A stretch of 64,000 bases of DNA from contig CALJDU010000034.1 of assembly GCA_938024995.1 (NCBI GenBank), forward strand, positions 18,046 to 82,045, read 5' to 3'. Shown here piece after piece: positions 8,695-18,229 of this stretch (within the stretch, counting starts at the first letter, position 1; each line of letters begins with the position of its first letter). The position numbers were made by a program, and so were the translations under genes. The DNA comes from an uncultured bacterium (GTDB lineage Bacteria > Myxococcota_A > Polyangia > Polyangiales > Houyiibacteriaceae). A model generated the notes under the pieces. It had not been told where the DNA came from and searched no databases. It was given only the letters and a program-made list of their open reading frames with translations.

Positions 8695-8770
8695 AATATG
8701 GAGGCGGTCGAGACAAAGCGCAAGGCTTGGGGAGAAGAAGCGTGGTTCGTGTGGGTTTGTCTTCGCTCGG

Positions 8771-11227
8771 TTACTCGAAGAACCACTCGTCCACACCGGT
8801 ACCGAAAAACGTGCGCGGACCGGGGTCCCAGTTTTTCAAGGTGGGGTCGACCAAGACGCGCTCCGCCGCGAAGACGAGCGGTATCCGAGGCGTCGATTCA
8901 GTTGTCTTGAGCGCGATCGCGCGTCGCAGCTCACGCCGTCGCTCCGGGTAGAGCGTGTGACGCTCGCGTTCGATCATCGCGTGTACCTCGTCGGTATACG
9001 AGCTCGTCCGCAGGTCGCTGGGGTAGTCGCCGTCCACGAGCGGGAGGTTCCACAGACCGCGGGGGTCGTCAGTGGGGAGGAGCGCGTCGACGTACGTGAG
9101 GAGGCCCCCGTGCTCACGCGCGCGACGAACGCGGGCTTCACTCGCGACGATTCGGTGGTCGACGCGCCAACCGACCGCTTCGAGGTTCTCTTTGAGGATC
9201 CCGATCATCACGCGTGTGACGGGCGAGTCGTTTGAGGAGAGCGGGAGCACCTCGCCCGCCGCGCCGATGCGCTCGAAAAAAGCCCGCGCGGCTGCCGGAT
9301 CGTATGGCACGCGCGGAGCTTCGGGCGGCGCCTCGCCCATGAAGGGACCATGCGCGACACGACCGGCGTCCCCGTAGAGCTCGCGCGCGATGCGCTCTCG
9401 GTCGATCGCCATCACCAGCGCGCGGCGGACGTCCGGTCGCGCGAGCCACGGGTTGTTGTCGACATCCGGGATCAAGAGGACGAGCAAGTTTGAGCTTCGA
9501 ATATGAGCCGCTTCCGGTCGCGTCTCTGCGACCCGCCGCGCCTGTTCCAAAGTGACGCTGTTGGGCCAGGTGAGATCGACCTCGCCTGCGAGGAACGACG
9601 CGATCAGCGCCTCGCGGTCGTCGAAGTATTTTACCTCGAGCCGTTCGATGTTCGGGGCGGGTCCGAGGAAGTGCTGGTTGGGTGCCATCACGAGATGGTC
9701 ATCATCGACCCACTCGATGAGCTCGTAGGGTCCTAGGGTCGGCGCTGGGGTCACGCGGCGATACTGTCGGACGGCGTCGTAGCCGCCTTCATCGTAGATC
9801 GACTCGACGACGTGCGAGGGCCATGGGTGCGGCGCCTCGAGCGCGTCAGAGACGCGTCCATCCCACGTGATGATGAGCGTTCTGTCGTCCGGGGTCTCGA
9901 CCTTGACGACGTGCGGAGTGGGGCTCGCTTCGTAGGGAAGCGAGAGGTCCCGCGCGACGATCGGCTGCCCGTCCGACCACTTCACCCCTTCGCGAACCTT
10001 CCACGTGACCTGCAGCTCGCCGCCCGCCGGGAACGCGAGGGCGTCGTTGTCGACCGCGGGGCGCTGCTCCACGAACACCGGGATCGGCTCCGCGCGACCG
10101 TCCCGTCGCAGGCCAGGCATGAGCGACCAGACCGCTCCGCGCGACACCGGCGATGACAGCGCGCTCGGCATCCGGGTGGTTCCGATTCGGATGACGTCGC
10201 GCGACGTCTCGTGACGCAGGAGCTCGGGGAATTCGGATGGAGGCTCCGGTGGGTCGAGCAGTGGTTCTGGAATCGCCGTGAAGACCGCGAGCAGGGAAGC
10301 CGCGGGGAGCAGAACCTGGGCGGCTCGATCGAGACGCGAGGACCAGCGCGGTTTCTCTCGTCGGAAGAAGGCGTACGTCACGATGGTGGTGATCAGCGCG
10401 GATGCGCTCGTGACGTACGCGATGATGAACAGGAGGTCCGCGAGCGTGACGTACGAGACGTCGGGCAGGTTCTTGGCGACCGTGAACTGAAACGCGAAGC
10501 AAGAGAGCAGGGCGGTCACGCCGATCGATGCGCGCGGCCCGATGACGTCCGGGTGCAAGAAGAGCGCGACGATCGAGACCAGCACGATGATCGCGAGCGG
10601 CAAGAAGAGCTTGAGGGCGACCGGCGCGATCGGGCGCGTCATCTTCACGCCGTACGCCACGCGGTGAACGGTTGAGGGTTTGCCTTCGTTCGCGATCAGG
10701 CCGAGGTCGGATTGCACGATCTGCGTTCCGACTTCCGGCAAGAAGGTGTCCTCGTAGAGCCAGTCCGTGACGCTGAAGGAGTCGTTCATCCCGCTGCTCG
10801 CGAGGTCGGGGACCAGCGTCCCGTAGTGCTCCGGCAGCTCGAAGACGATCCGCACGACCTGGTCGTCATAGGGGAAGCGCTGCATCGGGAACTCGCCGCG
10901 CAAGGTCCCGCGGATCCGATAGCGGGCGCTGTGCCAACTGGAGTCCGACTCGTTCCCGAGGGCGATGCGTTCGATGCGGGAGGCGTTCGCGACTCGGAGC
11001 TGCTCCGGATCAAAGTCGCCCTGCCACTTGATCCAGACCTCCGCGTCGACGTCGAAGACCCCGTCCTTGAGTTCGAAGCGGCTGACGTCGTGGAGGTACA
11101 CCCCCACGTAGATGTTGCGGTTCGGCTCTGCGCTGGCCGGTTTGGTCGTGACGAGGAGCGCGCTGGTGATCACCAGCGCGCAGACGAAGAAGCGATAGAC
11201 GAGCCACGCCGTGCCGTCGCGCTTCAC
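8771..11227 (-). CDS. Fusion protein: pentameric ligand-gated ion channel (pLGIC) ectodomain plus 4 TM, with a C-terminal ABC-type family-5 solute-binding domain
   Basis: The signal peptide is ..[12 protein letters not shown]. The ectodomain has [32 protein letters not shown] and the Cys-loop-equivalent [20 protein letters not shown]1 is [20 protein letters not shown]2 is [16 protein letters not shown] followed by [18 protein letters not shown] (TM3), and a fourth TM is [18 protein letters not shown]_bac_5-like strings follow: [72 protein letters not shown] and [20 protein letters not shown]. The GTG start overlaps the pyrD stop. Confidence 0.8.
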   Translation of the reverse strand: MKRDGTAWLVYRFFVCALVITSALLVTTKPASAEPNRNIYVGVYLHDVSRFELKDGVFDVDAEVWIKWQGDFDPEQLRVANASRIERIALGNESDSSWHSARYRIRGTLRGEFPMQRFPYDDQVVRIVFELPEHYGTLVPDLASSGMNDSFSVTDWLYEDTFLPEVGTQIVQSDLGLIANEGKPSTVHRVAYGVKMTRPIAPVALKLFLPLAIIVLVSIVALFLHPDVIGPRASIGVTALLSCFAFQFTVAKNLPDVSYVTLADLLFIIAYVTSASALITTIVTYAFFRREKPRWSSRLDRAAQVLLPAASLLAVFTAIPEPLLDPPEPPSEFPELLRHETSRDVIRIGTTRMPSALSSPVSRGAVWSLMPGLRRDGRAEPIPVFVEQRPAVDNDALAFPAGGELQVTWKVREGVKWSDGQPIVARDLSLPYEASPTPHVVKVETPDDRTLIITWDGRVSDALEAPHPWPSHVVESIYDEGGYDAVRQYRRVTPAPTLGPYELIEWVDDDHLVMAPNQHFLGPAPNIERLEVKYFDDREALIASFLAGEVDLTWPNSVTLEQARRVAETRPEAAHIRSSNLLVLLIPDVDNNPWLARPDVRRALVMAIDRERIARELYGDAGRVAHGPFMGEAPPEAPRVPYDPAAARAFFERIGAAGEVLPLSSNDSPVTRVMIGILKENLEAVGWRVDHRIVASEARVRRAREHGGLLTYVDALLPTDDPRGLWNLPLVDGDYPSDLRTSSYTDEVHAMIERERHTLYPERRRELRRAIALKTTESTPRIPLVFAAERVLVDPTLKNWDPGPRTFFGTGVDEWFFE

Positions 11228-12228
11228 AGTCTCGCCGCCAATCGCCGCGCGTGGAGCGGGCCCCCGTAGATGAAGCTCGTATAGACCTGGACGAGCGTCG
11301 CGCCGCCGTTGAGCCGGTCACGTACATCTTGTGCGTTCTCGATGCCGCCCGCGGCGACCAGGGTGAGCGCGCCACCCACCCGCGTGGCGAGTCGCTCGAG
11401 GACCTCTTGGGAACGCTGTTTTTGTGGGGCGCCGCTGAGCCCCCCGCGACCGATCGCGTCGACGACGTTTGCCGGGGTGGCGAGACCGGCTCGAGACGTC
11501 GTGGTGTTCGTCGCGATGATGCCGGCGAGTTTTTGTTCGAGCGCGAGGTCGGCGATCGCGTCGACGTCATCATTGGCGAGGTCGGGCGCGATCTTGACCA
11601 GGAGCGGGACCTCACGTGACGCGCTCCTGTGCGACGCGTCGCGGACCGCGGCGAGGATCGGGCGAAGCGAAGAGACCGCTTGCAGATCGCGCAGACCCGG
11701 CGTGTTCGGTGAGCTGACGTTCACAACGAGATAGTCCGCGTAGGGGGCTACCCGTTCGGCGCTGGTCACGTAGTCGGCGACCGGATCCTCCGCGAGCTTG
11801 GACTTCCCGATGTTGACGCCGACCAACGCGCGGCGCTTCTTGCTGAGGCGCGGGACCGCGTCGGCGCTCCCGCGGTTGTTGAAGCCCATGCGATTGATCA
11901 AAGCGCGGTCGCGAGGGAGGCGAAAGAGGCGCGGCGTTGGGTTGCCTTGTTGCGCGAGCGCGGTGAGCGTGCCGACCTCGATGAAGCCGAAACCGAGCGC
12001 GCCGAGCATCTCGAAGGCCTGCGCGTCTTTGTCGAAACCGGCCGCGAGCCCGATCGGGTTGTTGAACTGGAGGCCGAACGCCGAGACCGGCTTCTTCGCC
12101 GTGAGGAGCGGACGCAAGACCGACGGCAACGGCGTGAGCTGCGCACCGCGCATCGCGCTCATCGCGAGGTGATGCGCGCGCTCGGCGGGGAGCCTGAAGA
12201 GCAAGGGGCGGATCACGCGGTAGAGCAC
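11224..12228 (-). CDS. pyrD: Dihydroorotate dehydrogenase (quinone), class 2
   Basis: It has the N-terminal membrane-association helix [20 protein letters not shown]. Other matching strings are [37 protein letters not shown]-like [15 protein letters not shown] and GIIATNTT. Confidence 0.92.
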   Translation of the reverse strand: MLYRVIRPLLFRLPAERAHHLAMSAMRGAQLTPLPSVLRPLLTAKKPVSAFGLQFNNPIGLAAGFDKDAQAFEMLGALGFGFIEVGTLTALAQQGNPTPRLFRLPRDRALINRMGFNNRGSADAVPRLSKKRRALVGVNIGKSKLAEDPVADYVTSAERVAPYADYLVVNVSSPNTPGLRDLQAVSSLRPILAAVRDASHRSASREVPLLVKIAPDLANDDVDAIADLALEQKLAGIIATNTTTSRAGLATPANVVDAIGRGGLSGAPQKQRSQEVLERLATRVGGALTLVAAGGIENAQDVRDRLNGGATLVQVYTSFIYGGPLHARRLAARL

Positions 12229-12481
12229 CAGCCGACTCTACACGGACCGCTCGCGCGGACGACGATCGAGATCGCGCCCGAGGCCGTGACGCGACGCACA
12301 CCCACCAATTTCGAGCAGACCGGCGAGTCGTTCATTCCACCTGTTGAAACGGCCGATCTCCCGGCCGAATCGTATGTCCGTGTTTTGACGAGAATTTCGG
12401 GGTCTGGCGGCGGCGCGGTCGAGGTGACTCGCCTCTCACTCTGCTGTAAAGCGCATCCGCGCGCTGCGCTGGAGAACGACC

Positions 12482-14089
12482 ATGACCGAGACGAACACTG
12501 CCTCTCTTCCCACCGCCGCTCGTCCGAGCCGCTCGCGGGACATCCCCTGCATTGATCCGGCGACGCGCGAGCCTCTGGGGACGGTCCGGGCCGATACGCC
12601 GGAAGACGTCGTGCGCAAAGTCGCGCGGGCCCGTGAGGCGCAGAAGGTGTTCCGGGAGACGAGCTTCGAGACACGTCGTCAGCTGCTCACGAACATTCTG
12701 GAGAACATCCTTAACAACATCGACGAGCTCGTGACGCTTTGCGTTCGTGATGCCGGGAAGACGCGTGAGAACGCCTTGATGGGCGAGGTCTGGCCGGTGT
12801 GCGAGAAGCTCCGCTGGACGATCGGCGCGGGTGAGGATCACTTGCTCCCCGAGACGATGAGCTCGGGCCTCTTCATGCACAAGAAGGCCACCGTTCACTT
12901 CGAGCCGAAGGGCGTCATCGGCGTCATTTGCCCGTGGAACTACCCGCTCCAGAACATCCTTGGTCCAGTCATCCCGGCGCTCTTCGCGGGCAACGCCGCG
13001 GTCGTCAAGGTCAGCGAGCAGGTCGCGTGGTCGAGCGAACGCTTCGCGCGGATCTTCGACGAGGCGCTCGACGCGCTCGGTCTCCCGCGTGAGCTCGTCA
13101 CGCTGGTGAACGGCTACGGGGACGTCGGCAAAGCATTGGTCGAGTCAGGCGTCGACCTGGTCGTCTTCACGGGCTCCGGTCCGAACGGCCAGAAGGTCAT
13201 CGAAGCCAGCGCCAAGAACATCACGCCGGTGATCTTGGAGCTCGGCGGCAAGGACCCGCTCATCGTTTGTGACGACGCGGATCTGGAGCAAGCGGCGCAC
13301 GCGGCGATGGCCGGCTGCTTCATCGCGGCGGGACAGAACTGCATGGCCGCCGAGCGCGTCATCGTCCACGACGGGATCTACGATCGCTACGTCGCGCGGA
13401 TGGTCGAGCTGGTCGGGAGCCTTCGGCAGGGACCGCCGCTCGGCGAGACTCAGGTCGATGTCGGCGCGATGGTCTCGCCGATGCAGGTCGACATCGTCGA
13501 GCGCTTGGTCGACGACGCGATCGCGAAGGGCGCCAAGGCGCTGGTCGGAGGGACGCGCGTTCTGGAAGACCAGGGTCAGTACTTCGCGCCGACGGTGCTC
13601 GTGGACGTCACCGACGACATGCTGATCATGCGCGAAGAGACCTTCGGACCGGTCATGGTGATCGCGAAGGTGACGAGCGATCAGGAGGCCATCCACCTCG
13701 CCAACTCCACCTCCTTTGGGCTCGGGAGCACCGTGCTGAGCAAGGATCACAAGCGCGCGCGGTGGATCGCGGACCAACTGGTCGCCGGGTCGACCACCAT
13801 CAACGACTTCGGGCTCACTTACATGGCGCAGGCGCTCCCGTTCGGCGGGGTCGGCGCGTCGGGCTTCGGGCGGCTTAACGGACGTGAGGGGCTCCGCGCC
13901 TGCACCAACGTAAAAGCGGTCCTCTCGGATCGACTCCCGCTTCACATGCCGACCAAGATCTACCCCGTCGGCGAGAGCGACTACACCGTCGTCCGTGGCT
14001 TGATCGAGACCATCTACCGCCCGACCGTCCGCGGACGCGTCGCGGGTGTCGCCCGGCTCCTCTCCGGCGTGAAGAAGCGCTTCTCGTGA
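12482..14089 (+). CDS. NAD(P)-dependent aldehyde dehydrogenase
   Basis: It has VICPWNYP, FTGSGPNGQKV, the catalytic Glu region ILELGGKDP and the catalytic Cys region AGQNCMAAER. Its stop overlaps the next gene's ATG (ATGA at 14086). Confidence 0.9.
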   Translation: MTETNTASLPTAARPSRSRDIPCIDPATREPLGTVRADTPEDVVRKVARAREAQKVFRETSFETRRQLLTNILENILNNIDELVTLCVRDAGKTRENALMGEVWPVCEKLRWTIGAGEDHLLPETMSSGLFMHKKATVHFEPKGVIGVICPWNYPLQNILGPVIPALFAGNAAVVKVSEQVAWSSERFARIFDEALDALGLPRELVTLVNGYGDVGKALVESGVDLVVFTGSGPNGQKVIEASAKNITPVILELGGKDPLIVCDDADLEQAAHAAMAGCFIAAGQNCMAAERVIVHDGIYDRYVARMVELVGSLRQGPPLGETQVDVGAMVSPMQVDIVERLVDDAIAKGAKALVGGTRVLEDQGQYFAPTVLVDVTDDMLIMREETFGPVMVIAKVTSDQEAIHLANSTSFGLGSTVLSKDHKRARWIADQLVAGSTTINDFGLTYMAQALPFGGVGASGFGRLNGREGLRACTNVKAVLSDRLPLHMPTKIYPVGESDYTVVRGLIETIYRPTVRGRVAGVARLLSGVKKRFS

Positions 14090-15777
14090 ACCGCGCGCGC
14101 GTCAGCTCCATCCCGCCGGCAGGCGCTCGTCACTTCGACGTGATCGTGGTCGGCGGAGGGTCCGCTGGGTGCATCCTCGCGGCGGAGCTCTCGCGTGATC
14201 CGGGGACCCGCGTCCTCTTGCTCGAGCACGGCGACTCCGCGACCGAACATCCCGAGACGCTCACCGCGGACGGCTACAAGGACGCCTTTATCAACCCCGC
14301 GTTGATGCACGACCGCTTCAGCGGCGTCGACCCGCGCTGGGGAGACCGGCGCGTCTTTCAAGGAAGCGGCCGCGGGCTCGGGGGCGGCGGATCCATCAAC
14401 GGAATGGTCTACACCCGCGGCGCCGAACAAGACTATGCCGAGTGGCCTGAGGGTTGGCGCTGGGACGACGTCCAGGAACCCTTCGAGGCACTCGAAGACG
14501 TTATCCGTCCTCACCGCCGTGCGCCCACCGAGTTTACTGAGGCTTGCATCGAGGCGGCTGAGCAGAGCGGCTTTCGGCGCGGGGAAGACCTCAACGATGG
14601 CGACCTCTCCGGCGTCCTTGGCTACGAATGGATGAGCTACGAAGGACAGGAGCGGCGCAGCTCATTCACGGCGTTCCTTCGTCCTGCGCTCTCCCGTAGC
14701 AACTTGGTCGTGAAGACGCGCGCTTCGGTCTCGACGCTGCTCTTTGATGACGCGCGCGTCTCCGGGGTCGCCTACGTCCACGATGGCGAGGCCAAGACCG
14801 CGAGCGCGCGTGAGGTCGTCCTCTGCGCTGGCGCGCTGGAGACTCCCGCGCTCCTCAAGCGATCTGGAATCGGTCCTCGCGAAGAGCTCGCGCGCCACGG
14901 GATCAAGGTGCGACGTGACCTCCCCGGGGTCGGCGAGAACCTTCACGATCATCCCAACGTCACGCTCTTCTTTCGTGGTCGACGCGACGTCGACTGCAAC
15001 TACCCTCAGCTCTACGGGTTCCACCGCGCGAACGAGCGCAGTGATCTTCCCGCGGGCCAGTCGGACACCTGTTACGTGTTCTACCCGGCGCGCTCCTCGC
15101 TGCGCGAAGGCATGATGCGCTTGCTCCCGGGCATCGTTCTTCCGGAGTCGCTCTACGAGAAGGAAGCGATCCCGAGCGCGATGCGAAGCGGGATCGGCGC
15201 GCTCTTCGGGACCGGCCAGATGAAGCGTTTCGTCGAGCGTCTCTACGGCATCGTCGTGATCCTCGGGAAGCCGAAGAGCCGCGGTCGCGTCACCTTGCGC
15301 TCCGCCGATCCGAGCGACCCTGCGGTCATCGATCCCGGCTACTTCCAAGACGAAGAAGACCTCGTCACGATGGTCCACGGTGTGAAGCGCGCCCGGGCGC
15401 TGGCCAAGACTCAAGCGCTCCAGTCCTGGGGCAACACGGAGCTCTTCCCCGGCCTGACCGCAAAGAGTGACCGCGCCATCGAGGACTACATTCGGAAGAA
15501 CGTGATGACCACGTACCACTACGCGGGATCTTGCAAGATGGGCGACGACGAGCTCGCGGTGGTCGATACCCGCCTCCGAGTACACGGCGTCGCCGGCCTG
15601 CGGGTCGCGGACTCGTCCGTCATCCCGGTGACCCCCGTCAGCGCGATGAACGCGCCGAGCATGTTGATCGGATACCGCGCAGCGCGCTTCGTGCTCGAGG
15701 ATATGCGCGCTCCCCGCGCCGCTTCACTCGAGCGCCCCGCTGAGGTCGCCGAGCAAAGGACCACTCATGACGCCTGA
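14086..15777 (+). CDS. GMC-family flavin oxidoreductase (choline/alcohol dehydrogenase-like)
   Basis: It has the FAD fold FDVIVVGGGSAGCILAAELS, GGGSINGMVYTRG, and a C-terminal HYAGSCKMG...VDTRLRVHGVAGLRVADSSVIP. It overlaps the next gene by 11 nt. Confidence 0.9.
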   Translation: MNRARVSSIPPAGARHFDVIVVGGGSAGCILAAELSRDPGTRVLLLEHGDSATEHPETLTADGYKDAFINPALMHDRFSGVDPRWGDRRVFQGSGRGLGGGGSINGMVYTRGAEQDYAEWPEGWRWDDVQEPFEALEDVIRPHRRAPTEFTEACIEAAEQSGFRRGEDLNDGDLSGVLGYEWMSYEGQERRSSFTAFLRPALSRSNLVVKTRASVSTLLFDDARVSGVAYVHDGEAKTASAREVVLCAGALETPALLKRSGIGPREELARHGIKVRRDLPGVGENLHDHPNVTLFFRGRRDVDCNYPQLYGFHRANERSDLPAGQSDTCYVFYPARSSLREGMMRLLPGIVLPESLYEKEAIPSAMRSGIGALFGTGQMKRFVERLYGIVVILGKPKSRGRVTLRSADPSDPAVIDPGYFQDEEDLVTMVHGVKRARALAKTQALQSWGNTELFPGLTAKSDRAIEDYIRKNVMTTYHYAGSCKMGDDELAVVDTRLRVHGVAGLRVADSSVIPVTPVSAMNAPSMLIGYRAARFVLEDMRAPRAASLERPAEVAEQRTTHDA

Positions 15778-16444
15778 GATGATTCGCTTCTACTCCATGA
15801 TCGCGGTTGTGCTCCTCGGGAACGCGGTCTTGATCGCGTTCCTGACCTGGGCGCACGGCGCGAAGTCGTTCGCGCGATTCCGCATCAGCCAGAAGCCCGG
15901 GATGAAGGTGCCGTGGCCCGCGCGTCTCAAGACGATGGCGATCATCTCGGTGCTCTCGCTCTGCGCGGTGATCGGCGGGACCTACGCGCTCTTCTCCGTG
16001 CTCGTCACCGCTGAGGCGACGCCCGCCTGGAAGGTGGCGCTCCAAGCGGGCGGCCTCTTGCTGATCTACGACTTCGCCTACTACTTCCTGCACCGCTTCA
16101 TGCATCACAAGAAGGTCATGCGGCACGTGCACGGCGTGCATCACAAGGCCCGCAACCCGACCGCGCTCGAGAGCTTTTACCTGCACCCGATCGAGCTCTT
16201 CGCGGGCGTCGGGTTACTCATCTCGATGAACCTTTTGATCGGTCAGATCCATATGGTGGCGTTTGTCGCGGCGTTCTTCGTCTACTCGAACTTCAACATC
16301 ATCGTGCACTCGGGGCTCGACATCCCGTATCTCCCGACGAGCTTCCTAACGCGCAAGCACCACGTGCATCACCAGGACGACTTCAAGAAGAACTTCTCCT
16401 CGCTCACGCCGCTTCCGGACTTGCTCTTCGGAACGTCGGGCTAA
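15767..16444 (+). CDS. Fatty acid hydroxylase / sterol desaturase superfamily membrane di-iron enzyme
   Basis: It is a multi-pass membrane protein with His boxes HRFMHH, HGVHH and HHVHHQ. Length is 225 aa. Confidence 0.85.
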   Translation: MTPEMIRFYSMIAVVLLGNAVLIAFLTWAHGAKSFARFRISQKPGMKVPWPARLKTMAIISVLSLCAVIGGTYALFSVLVTAEATPAWKVALQAGGLLLIYDFAYYFLHRFMHHKKVMRHVHGVHHKARNPTALESFYLHPIELFAGVGLLISMNLLIGQIHMVAFVAAFFVYSNFNIIVHSGLDIPYLPTSFLTRKHHVHHQDDFKKNFSSLTPLPDLLFGTSG

Positions 16445-16524
16445 GTCGAAACCCACGGCGTGGTCTCGGGTCGCGGTGCCGCCGGTCCTCTTTACCCGCC
16501 GCGAGGGATGGGTAGACTCCCGCC

Positions 16525-16842
16525 ATGGGCAAAGCGAAGCAGCAGGCGAAGAAGGAAGCGCGAAAGCGCGCGCAGCGGGAAGCCAAGGAGGCTCGCGAGG
16601 CTGAGCGTCTCGCGATCGAAAAGGCAGAGGCGCAGCGTCGCGCGGTCTTGATCGCGGTTCCGCTGCTCACGTTCGCGGCGGCTGCTGGGCTCTACTTTGG
16701 CATCAACCGTCCGCAGCTCGCGGGCATGGCGTTGCTGATCGGCGGTGTCATCTTCCTCATGTTCGGGCTCTCCGCGATTGGCGGAAAGGTCGAACCCAAA
16801 GATCGGCATCGCGCCGGCGCCATCGACTTCGGTAACAAGTAG
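16525..16842 (+). CDS. Small membrane protein with Lys/Arg/Glu-rich N-terminal helix
   Basis: MGKAKQQAKKEARKRAQREAKEAREAERLAIEKAE is followed by two hydrophobic segments. No family is recognised, and the coding call rests on ORF context only. Confidence 0.5.
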   Translation: MGKAKQQAKKEARKRAQREAKEAREAERLAIEKAEAQRRAVLIAVPLLTFAAAAGLYFGINRPQLAGMALLIGGVIFLMFGLSAIGGKVEPKDRHRAGAIDFGNK

Positions 16843-16879
16843 CCCGCTCGGCTCAACACACTTCGAAACCACGAGACTT

Positions 16880-17527
16880 ATGCAACGCTCATTTTTGTTC
16901 CTGCTCTTGACCACGCTCGCCGGCGCGACGCTCGCCTCGGGCTGCCTCTTGTCGACTCGTTCGCGCGTCGCCCCCAACACCCACGCGCCACGTCCGCCAG
17001 CGGTCTCCATCCCGACGGGTCAAGCCCAGCCACAGCTTGGGCAGGGCGTGCAGATCGTCGAGGCGAGCTGCATTCAGGGCGCGGCCGAGGTCTGCAACGG
17101 CATCGACGACAACTGCGACGGCCAGATCGATGAAGGCTGTGGCTACAGCTCCGGTCAGGTTCAGATCACGCTCGCGTGGAACACCGGTGCCGACCTCGAC
17201 GTCTACGTCGCGGATCCGAGCACGACGAACCAACCGATCTACTACCAGAACAACCGCTCGCCCGCGGGGGGTCACCTCGACCAGGACGCGCGCGGAGCCT
17301 GCAACCCACAGCAGCCGAACAACACGATCGAGAACGTGTACTGGGAGAACCAGGCGCCTCCCGGTCAGTACCGCGTGGAGGTTCACTACTGGGCCGATGG
17401 CGCGTGCAGCGCGAACAACGGTCCGACGACCGCGACGCTCTCCGTGTCGATCGGAGGTCGCGTGCAGACGTACAACTTGCAGCTCTCGCCCGACCAGCGT
17501 CTCCCGGTCGTGACCTTCCAGCTCTAG
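16880..17527 (+). CDS. Secreted lipoprotein with CxxxDxDCDG Cys-rich motif and YfaP/DUF2135-like C-terminal domain (tentative)
   Basis: I moved the start to the ATG at 16880, giving MQRSFLFLLLTTLAGATLASGC (lipobox). The motif CNGIDDNCDGQIDEGCG is present. The C-terminal string ITLAWNTGADLDVYVADP..YYQN..GGHLDQD...PGQYRVEVHYW resembles DUF2135. Confidence 0.65.
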   Translation: MQRSFLFLLLTTLAGATLASGCLLSTRSRVAPNTHAPRPPAVSIPTGQAQPQLGQGVQIVEASCIQGAAEVCNGIDDNCDGQIDEGCGYSSGQVQITLAWNTGADLDVYVADPSTTNQPIYYQNNRSPAGGHLDQDARGACNPQQPNNTIENVYWENQAPPGQYRVEVHYWADGACSANNGPTTATLSVSIGGRVQTYNLQLSPDQRLPVVTFQL

Positions 17528-17701
17528 ACCGCGTGCACCTCAAACTGATCGCCCTCACGGCCCCGGGACGCCGATCTCGTCACCGCCGCGTCTTGAATAT
17601 GCTTTGCGAAGTCCTCTGACTTGCCGGCACCGACCTCGGCGCCCCGGAACCGCGATCATCAACCAGTTTTAGGTGAACGCGATCTAGTCGATCCACGCTT
17701 G

Positions 17702-18157
17702 ATGAGCCGCGCCTGCCTGATCCTGATCACCGGCGTGGCTTTCTCAATTGTGGGCTGTGGATCGACCGCACCGATCGCGGCGCCGACGCTCCACGCGGAA
17801 GAGGCGAGCGCATGGGATCAGCAGCGCGCTGAGCACAACTCCCCGAGGGCGCTCCGGCGACGCGGCACGGCAACATCGCGACAACGACAACACGTCCAGC
17901 GTGAGAATAGAGCGCGGCCAGCGCGCGGACGCGGCGGCCCGGTCGACGTTCGCTTCGACCGGGCCGAGCTTGGCAACGCGCTTCGGTTCCTCGCGGATGC
18001 CGCGCGGCTTGGTCTCGTGATCGAAGAAGGCGTCCACGGCGAGGTCACCCTCACGCTCTCGCGGGTGCGCCCCCTCGACGCGCTCATCGCGCTCGCCGAA
18101 GCCCACGGCGCGCGAGCGCGGCTCCGCGACAACGTCGTCGTGGTCAGCGCGCGATGA
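17702..18157 (+). CDS. Small lipoprotein with secretin/TonB-N-terminal (STN)-like domain (tentative)
   Basis: I moved the start to the ATG at 17702, giving MSRACLILITGVAFSIVGCGS (lipobox). The C-terminal VDVRFDRAELGNALRFLADAARLGLVIEEGVHGEVTLTLSRVRPLDALIALAEAHG resembles STN/secretin N0 strings. Confidence 0.55.
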   Translation: MSRACLILITGVAFSIVGCGSTAPIAAPTLHAEEASAWDQQRAEHNSPRALRRRGTATSRQRQHVQRENRARPARGRGGPVDVRFDRAELGNALRFLADAARLGLVIEEGVHGEVTLTLSRVRPLDALIALAEAHGARARLRDNVVVVSAR

Positions 18158-18229
18158 CCGCGTGATACGACAGCATCGGACATGCGATTCGCGAACGAGG
18201 CGTGAGGACCCCGTAGCGGCTCGGTTCGT

